Source: Candidatus Doudnabacteria bacterium (GTDB taxonomy: Bacteria > Patescibacteriota > Doudnabacteria > UBA920 > O2-02-FULL-48-8). Taken from it: DNA of 64,000 nucleotides. Shown one piece after another: positions 58,365-64,000 of the stretch. Location of the stretch: the NCBI GenBank assembly GCA_016182875.1, contig JACPFQ010000010.1:1268-65267 (forward strand), given 5' to 3'. The stretch's first letter is position 1; the number at the start of each line of letters is the position of its first letter. A program made the position numbers and the translations under genes. Under the pieces are notes generated by a model that was not told the DNA's origin, did no database searches, and worked only from the letters and a program-made list of their open reading frames with translations.

Positions 58365-61300
58365 TTATTTAATCACGAAGTTAATCAGTTTATCAGGCAC
58401 AAAAATTTCTTTGACGATTTTTTTGCCCTCCAGGTGCCTGTTCACGTTTTCGCCTGCCAAAGCTTTTTCTTTCACTTCCTGCTGAGAAGTGCCAGCAGGC
58501 ATTTCCAAAGTCGCTCGGACCTTGCCGAGCACCTGCACTACGAAGGTCACCTTCGTATCCTGGGCAAGCTTGGGATCAAATTTGGGCCATTCCTTCAAAT
58601 GAATCGAGTCTTTGTGACCTAGCTGGTGCCAAAGCTCTTCGGTCAGATGCGGCGCAAAGGGTGCTAAGAGTTTCAAAAATTCTTGCCATTCTTCTTTTGT
58701 TACGAAATCAACTTCAATCCTATTTTCATCTTCGCTAACCTTCCAAACCTCATTCAAATAAATCATCATCTGACTAATGGCTGTATTGAACCTAAAACCC
58801 TCGATATCTTGTGTTACTTTTTTGATAGTTTTGTGCAGTAGATTCTTTTTTTCAACCCTAGGCAAATCTTTGGATATTTCTTGATATCTTAATACTCTAT
58901 CCAAGAATCTCTTAATACCCATAATCCCTTTGTCATTCCAACTAACCGTGTCACCATGCGGGCCCAAAAACATTTCATACATGCGCAGAGCATCCGCGCC
59001 GAATTTTTCAATAATCTCATCGGGATTCACCACATTGCCCCGACTTTTGCTCATCTTTTCTCCATCGGGACCTAAAACAATCCCGTGCGGCACGCGCTTG
59101 GTGAACGGCTCCTTGGCTGTCACATGGCCTTGGTCATACAGAAACAAATTCCAGAAGCGCGAATAAAGCAAGTGCAGAGTGGTATGTTCCATGCCGCCGA
59201 AATAAACATCTACTGGCGTCCAGCGCTTCAATAATTTCTTACCAGCCATTTCTTTTTTATTATCTGGGTCCGCATAACGCAGCCAATACCAAGAACTGCC
59301 CGCCCATTGGGGCATGGTGTTCGTCTCTCTTTTAGCGGGGCCACCACAATTCGGACATTTCACATTCACCCACTCATCAATCGCGGCCAATGGCGACTCG
59401 CCGGTTCCTGTCGGCTCATAGTCTTTTACTTCAGGCAATGTCACCGGCAAGTCTTCTTCGGGCACAGGCACTGTTCCACAATTTTGGCAATGAATCAGCG
59501 GAATCGGCTCGCCCCAATAGCGTTGACGGGAAAATACCCAATCGCGGAGCTTGTACTGCACTTTCGGTTGCCCGAAATCCTTGGCTATTTTTTTTCTTGC
59601 TTCTTCTGTACTCATCCCGTCATATCCGTCAGAATTTATCAAAAGCCCTTCGCCGGTAAATAACTCCCCCTCACCCCCTCTTATATTAAGAGGGGGTTCC
59701 TCTGCAGTTTCACCTCCCCTTAAATTAAGGGGAGGCTGGGAGGGGTTATTGATCACGGTTCTTATCGGCAGTTTATATTGCTTAGCAAATTCAAAATCGC
59801 GCTCATCGTGGGCGGGTACAGCCATGATAGCGCCCGTGCCGTATCCCATAAGCACATAGTCCGCGACCCAGATTGGAATCTCCTCTTTGGTCGCAGGATT
59901 AACAGCGTAAGAACCTAAAAATATTCCGGTTTTTTCTTTTTCTACTGCGGCCCGCTGCATATCTGTTTTCTTTTTCGCATTTTCTATATATTTTTTAACT
60001 TCCGCCCAATTCTTGATTTGAGATTTAAGATTTGAGATTAATGGATGTTCTGGAGCCAAAACTAAAAATGTCGCCCCGGGCAAAGTATCAACTCTCGTAG
60101 TGAATACTGCAATACGTGACAGTATTATAGTAAGCAACTCAGGCTCTTGTTCATCTAAGAAATGAGGTTTGGCTGCGGCCGCTTTAATTAGATTGACACC
60201 AAGCTTTGCAGCATATGATTCTCCGTCTGACATCGCAACAACGTAATCTGTGGTATCTGATATAACTTTGAAGAAACCGCAATTCTTTATTACAGCTGCA
60301 AAATCAAAACCTTTTTTTGCCGCAGCTGTGACAGTCGGACGATTTTTACCATCCATAAACTTCCCAGTAAAAGGTGTTGCAACCAAAATTGCCCCTGCCA
60401 ATCTCGCGCCTCGTTCAAGCAAACGAAGCGCTACGATACCGCCGAACGAATGGCCAATAACTACGGTGTGTTCATCCAGGTTGCAATGCTGTTGTATAAA
60501 ATCTGCACACTCGTCATCCTTCGGCTCCTCCCCGCCGGGCATTTGAGGCGACTGAACTTCAAATCCTTTACTCTCCAACTTTTTCTTTAACCAAGTATAA
60601 AAATGATCTTTTGGTCTGCTTCCCCGACCATGCAAAATAATAAATTTCCTGATTCCTTTTTGCGCTATTGGAAATTCTATTTCAGCCCCCTCACTTTTAC
60701 CTATCCAGTTTTCCTGCTGGAGTTTCACTGGCTCCGGCCATTCTTTAAGTTCTTTCAGGCCTTCCAGCAACTTTTCGGCATATGCCGTAATTTTAAGATA
60801 CCACTGCCGCAGTTCTTTTTTCTCAACCACGGTGCCGCAGCGCTCGCAGCGGCCGTCGATGACCTCTTCGTTGGCAAGGCCGGTTTTATCTTTGGGGCAC
60901 CAGTTAATAAGTCCGGTCGCTTCGTAAGCCAATCCGGCTTTGTAGAATTGCAAAAAAATCCACTGCGTCCATTTGAAGTAATCTGGGTCCGTGGTATTGA
61001 TTTCCCGCGACCAGTCAAAGCTTATACCCCAGTTTTGCAGCTGTTTTTTGGCATTGGCAATATTTTTGGCCGTCGAAACGCGCGGATGAACTTTGTTTTT
61101 AATCGCGAAATTTTCCGCAGGCAAGCCAAAAGCGTCCCAGCCAATTGGGTACAGAACCTCGCAACCCTTCATGCGAAAATAACGGCTGTATGTATCCCCG
61201 GCTGTGTACGGCCGCAAATGCCCCATATGCAAACCTTCGCCGGAAGGATACGGAAACTCAATCAGCACGTACTTCTTCGGCTTTTTGCCGGCATCGGAAG

Positions 61301-61373
61301 CCTGGTAGGTTTTTTCTTTCTCCCAGGCATTCTGCCATTTTTTTTCTATCGCTTTGTGATCGTATTTGGTCAT
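58365..61373 (-). CDS. leuS: Leucyl-tRNA synthetase with inserted alpha/beta-hydrolase domain
   Basis: PYPSGEGLHMGH, GYGTGAIMAVPAHDERD, SRQRYWG, KMSKS; start at MTKYDH. Confidence 0.96.
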   Translation of the reverse strand: MTKYDHKAIEKKWQNAWEKEKTYQASDAGKKPKKYVLIEFPYPSGEGLHMGHLRPYTAGDTYSRYFRMKGCEVLYPIGWDAFGLPAENFAIKNKVHPRVSTAKNIANAKKQLQNWGISFDWSREINTTDPDYFKWTQWIFLQFYKAGLAYEATGLINWCPKDKTGLANEEVIDGRCERCGTVVEKKELRQWYLKITAYAEKLLEGLKELKEWPEPVKLQQENWIGKSEGAEIEFPIAQKGIRKFIILHGRGSRPKDHFYTWLKKKLESKGFEVQSPQMPGGEEPKDDECADFIQQHCNLDEHTVVIGHSFGGIVALRLLERGARLAGAILVATPFTGKFMDGKNRPTVTAAAKKGFDFAAVIKNCGFFKVISDTTDYVVAMSDGESYAAKLGVNLIKAAAAKPHFLDEQEPELLTIILSRIAVFTTRVDTLPGATFLVLAPEHPLISNLKSQIKNWAEVKKYIENAKKKTDMQRAAVEKEKTGIFLGSYAVNPATKEEIPIWVADYVLMGYGTGAIMAVPAHDERDFEFAKQYKLPIRTVINNPSQPPLNLRGGETAEEPPLNIRGGEGELFTGEGLLINSDGYDGMSTEEARKKIAKDFGQPKVQYKLRDWVFSRQRYWGEPIPLIHCQNCGTVPVPEEDLPVTLPEVKDYEPTGTGESPLAAIDEWVNVKCPNCGGPAKRETNTMPQWAGSSWYWLRYADPDNKKEMAGKKLLKRWTPVDVYFGGMEHTTLHLLYSRFWNLFLYDQGHVTAKEPFTKRVPHGIVLGPDGEKMSKSRGNVVNPDEIIEKFGADALRMYEMFLGPHGDTVSWNDKGIMGIKRFLDRVLRYQEISKDLPRVEKKNLLHKTIKKVTQDIEGFRFNTAISQMMIYLNEVWKVSEDENRIEVDFVTKEEWQEFLKLLAPFAPHLTEELWHQLGHKDSIHLKEWPKFDPKLAQDTKVTFVVQVLGKVRATLEMPAGTSQQEVKEKALAGENVNRHLEGKKIVKEIFVPDKLINFVIK

Positions 61374-62155
61374 GTAATCCGATTTTTTTTCAAAATCGGG
61401 TAAAGCTGTTTGTAAATAACCGGCCTGGCCGCGATGAACCCTTTGTCTTTTATGCTCCATGGTTGGCCTTGGAAATTGGTCACTTTTACCCCTGCCTCCT
61501 TCATAATAAGGTATCCGGGCGCTGTATCCCAAATGTAAAAATTACGCCAGAACATCAGATCGAGCCGCCCGGCAGCGACGTAGCATTCGTTGAGAATAAT
61601 AGCCGGCGGCCGCACCAAAGCTATTTCATGGTCAAAAAAGGCGCGATGCGCACGCAGCGACAGCTCCCTGCGCTTGCGAAACGGAAGTTCATAAGTAAAC
61701 AAGAAACTGCCTGAAGTCTGCCAAAGTTTGTTTCGTACGACCGGCTTTATTTTTTTTCCATTGAGGTAAGCGCCGCTGTTTTTTTTGGCAAAAAACAATT
61801 CGTCATGATTGGGGTCATAGACCGCGGCCAATATCACTTCCTTGTCCATCAAAAGCGCTATCGCCGTGCAAAAGAAAGGTATGCCGTGGGCAAAGGCGTT
61901 GGTCCCGTCCAATGGGTCGACAATCCAAGTATAGCCCTTGCCGATTTTGTCTTTTGAGAATTTTTCCTCTGTGACTATGCCATGGCTTGGGAACCGAGCT
62001 TTGATCTTATTTATTATAAAATTATTGGCTGCCAAATCCGCGGCAGTAAGCAGATCCTTGCGATGCGTCTTGGTTTTGAAGGATTTGATCTTGCGAAACT
62101 TGGAAAGCGCTATTTTCCCTCCGGCCTTGGCTAGTTTTTGTATGAATTGGTCCAT
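61370..62155 (-). CDS. Inositol monophosphatase family (SuhB-like)
   Basis: WIVDPLDGTNAF, VAAGRLD, WD.A.G. Confidence 0.9.
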   Translation of the reverse strand: MDQFIQKLAKAGGKIALSKFRKIKSFKTKTHRKDLLTAADLAANNFIINKIKARFPSHGIVTEEKFSKDKIGKGYTWIVDPLDGTNAFAHGIPFFCTAIALLMDKEVILAAVYDPNHDELFFAKKNSGAYLNGKKIKPVVRNKLWQTSGSFLFTYELPFRKRRELSLRAHRAFFDHEIALVRPPAIILNECYVAAGRLDLMFWRNFYIWDTAPGYLIMKEAGVKVTNFQGQPWSIKDKGFIAARPVIYKQLYPILKKNRIT

Positions 62156-62157
62156 GA

Positions 62158-62973
62158 CTAGACTTTAAATAATCTCTTAGCGTTCTCAAATGTCTTTTCG
62201 GCCGCCTCTTCCAGACTAATCCCCCTCACCTGCGCGATCTTTTCGACCACATATCGAACATAGCTCGGCTCGTTCCTTTTGCCGCGATACGGCGGCGGAG
62301 TCAAATAAGGCGCATCGGTTTCCGTAAGCAGACGGTCAAGCGGGGTCTTTTGGGCAACTTCAGCCAGCCTTCCGGTTTTGTCAAAGGTCAAAATTCCGTT
62401 TAGAGCGATGTAAAATCCCTCATCCAAAAATTTCTTGGCTGTCTCCCAGGTATCCGTAAAAGAGTGAATGACTGCGGGCATGCCGGCGTATTCAGCCTTC
62501 AAAATCTGGAGCAAATCTTCATAAGCGTCCCGGCAATGCACGATTAATGCCAAATTATTTTTCCTTGCAAACGCAATTTGCGCAATGAACACGGCTTTTT
62601 GTTTTTTTATTGCTTTTTCTTTATTGTCTTCCGGAAGCCTAAAATAATCCAGTCCGCATTCACCCACGGCCACCACTGCCTTACTGTACAGTAAGGCAGT
62701 GTACTCAGATTCGTTGAATTCTTCCTGCCGACTTTTGAAATGGCTTTCTTCCTCATCCAGCATCTGCTGCCAGGTGTGAACGGGGTGAAGACCAATTGCG
62801 GCATATACGCCTTCAGAATATTTTGAGGCAAGCTCAACCGCGGCCGTTGAGGTATCCTGTTGTGTACCAACATTTATGAGCCATGTATCACAAGCCAAGG
62901 CGCGTTTGATTACCTCATTCGCATCGCTTTTAAAGGCAGAAAAATTTACATGAGTATGCGTATCAAAAAACAT
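62158..62973 (-). CDS. tatD: TatD family DNase
   Basis: DTHTH, GLHP, GECGLDY, ETDAPY. Confidence 0.93.
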   Translation of the reverse strand: MFFDTHTHVNFSAFKSDANEVIKRALACDTWLINVGTQQDTSTAAVELASKYSEGVYAAIGLHPVHTWQQMLDEEESHFKSRQEEFNESEYTALLYSKAVVAVGECGLDYFRLPEDNKEKAIKKQKAVFIAQIAFARKNNLALIVHCRDAYEDLLQILKAEYAGMPAVIHSFTDTWETAKKFLDEGFYIALNGILTFDKTGRLAEVAQKTPLDRLLTETDAPYLTPPPYRGKRNEPSYVRYVVEKIAQVRGISLEEAAEKTFENAKRLFKV

Positions 62974-62999
62974 TTTTTGTCCTCTATTACAGCGCAGTA

Positions 63000-63389
63000 T
63001 TATAGCATTGCAGCACGCCGCGAGCTTGGCATAGGTCTTGGTTTAACCAGCCAGCTTTTATTTTTACGGCTCTTTTCACCACTCACCAACCTGTCAATAA
63101 CCAGCTTATAACCATCACCGAATGCATCGTTCCAATTACTTATCTTGGCAATAGTTGAATCAGTAACTTTAAGAGTATTCTTTATAATGGCATAACTACA
63201 ACCTTCGTTGAGCATTTTTACGATCTCCAAGCGTTTCGACAGCATCTGAAGTTCCGTCCTAGTCAAAATGTCGTGGAGAAATTTATGAACCTCGTCTTTG
63301 GTTTCCAATAGTGTAAAGGCGCGCCAAAGCTGGTCAATCAGGAGTGACAGTTGCTCACGAGGAAGTTTTATTCTTGAAATCTTGGTCAT
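63000..63389 (-). CDS. TrpR-like (YerC/YecD) DNA-binding protein
   Basis: FLHDILTRTELQMLSKRL..KML..G.SY..I......STIAKI. Confidence 0.8.
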   Translation of the reverse strand: MTKISRIKLPREQLSLLIDQLWRAFTLLETKDEVHKFLHDILTRTELQMLSKRLEIVKMLNEGCSYAIIKNTLKVTDSTIAKISNWNDAFGDGYKLVIDRLVSGEKSRKNKSWLVKPRPMPSSRRAAML

Positions 63390-63423
63390 ACTTTAATACG
63401 GCGCAGTATTATAGTATCATAAC

Positions 63424-64000
63424 TTAATCGATTTTTGGAAATAAAGGGGCCGAAGGTTTTGTTATTTTCTCTTGCTCAAGTGCTTCGCGTATTTTGTTCG
63501 CGGCATCCGGCATAATCGGCGAAAGCTTGAGCGCCAGCTCAGAAAGCACGGCCACAAGGTTAATCAAAAGCTCCTTAACCTTCTTCGGTTCGGTTTTATG
63601 CAGTTCCCAAGGCTTGGCTTTATCTATCAAGCCGTCAGCCCAGGCAACGGTTTCCCAGGCCACTTCGAGGCCATGGCTGAAATCAAGGTTATAAAAAGCT
63701 TCGGAAACCTCTGACAAGTCCCTTGGCGATTTCGTAAGCTCCACATCGCCATCCAGAAATTTTTCCACCATATTCGTAATACGGGAAAAAAGATTGCCCA
63801 AGCCATTGGCTAAATCCGAATTATACCGGCTCTTAAGCTTCTCCTCGCTGACATCGCCGTCCTCGCCGAACGGCACTTCGCGAAGAAGAAAATATCGCAC
63901 GGCGTCTGCGCCGTACTTAGCGACCCAATCATTGGGGTCAATGACGTTGCCAATGGTTTTGCTTATCTTTTGTCCGGCAACCGTGAAAAAACCATTGGCA
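63424..64000 (-). CDS. metG: Methionyl-tRNA synthetase, C-terminal part (runs off window)
   Basis: GQKISKTIGNVIDP, DAVRYFLLRE, YNSDLANGLGNL. Confidence 0.92.
   Translation of the reverse strand, partial: ANGFFTVAGQKISKTIGNVIDPNDWVAKYGADAVRYFLLREVPFGEDGDVSEEKLKSRYNSDLANGLGNLFSRITNMVEKFLDGDVELTKSPRDLSEVSEAFYNLDFSHGLEVAWETVAWADGLIDKAKPWELHKTEPKKVKELLINLVAVLSELALKLSPIMPDAANKIREALEQEKITKPSAPLFPKID

Noticed and set aside
9070-61532. Long N-terminal extensions in the ORF track for rpsH, rpsN, rplD, rplC, fusA, the M50 protease, module 1, 2H-TsaC and leuS
   Set aside because: They overlap upstream genes or repeats; downstream ATGs match family starts or stop-start coupling.
5-63714. Numerous + strand ORFs antisense to core genes (e.g. 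21305-21997, 60603-61403)
   Set aside because: Shadow frames of well-recognised minus-strand genes, with no motifs of their own.
1-64000. CRISPR array or cas genes
   Set aside because: Repeats are dispersed palindromes or degenerate short arrays; there is no regular repeat-spacer series and no cas-like ORF.
1-64000. Alternative genetic code (UGA as Gly or Trp)
   Set aside because: Conserved genes such as rplN, rpsQ and rplC end at TGA at the expected lengths, and long ORFs are intact under code 11.

Overview
Chromosomal window of a reduced-genome bacterium, very probably Patescibacteria/CPR (inferred from the missing rpmD between rpsE and rplO and the weak SD signals on core genes; TGA is read as stop). 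1-26 kb holds the str/S10/spc ribosomal cluster (rpsL to secY, adk, map), interrupted by orphan microprotein islands and a GDPD gene. 26-30 kb has an RnfD-like/FNR fusion, a MASE1-GGDEF-EAL protein and mscL. 30.5-48.9 kb is the standout: a co-oriented cluster with ONE stand-alone PEP-synthase/PPDK-type ATP-grasp subunit and SIX divergent proteins ending in a phospho-His swivel domain, i.e. a split, multiplexed rifampin-phosphotransferase-like dikinase array. It is interleaved with HAD, NUDIX, His-phosphatase, hydrolase and toxin-antitoxin genes and shows scars of cassette turnover. 49-53 kb has tRNA-Pro, three attenuator-like units driving orphan ORFs and an aberrant tRNA, a four-helix-bundle gene, parB, and an intact tRNA-Leu nested inside a fragmented tRNA-Leu. 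53-64 kb has uppP, glyA, an MFS transporter, a 2H-TsaC fusion, leuS with an inserted hydrolase domain, an IMPase, tatD, a TrpR-like gene and partial metG. Several families of short palindromic or structured repeats are dispersed throughout, some inserted in frame in proteins. All calls come from motif recognition by eye; no searches were run.
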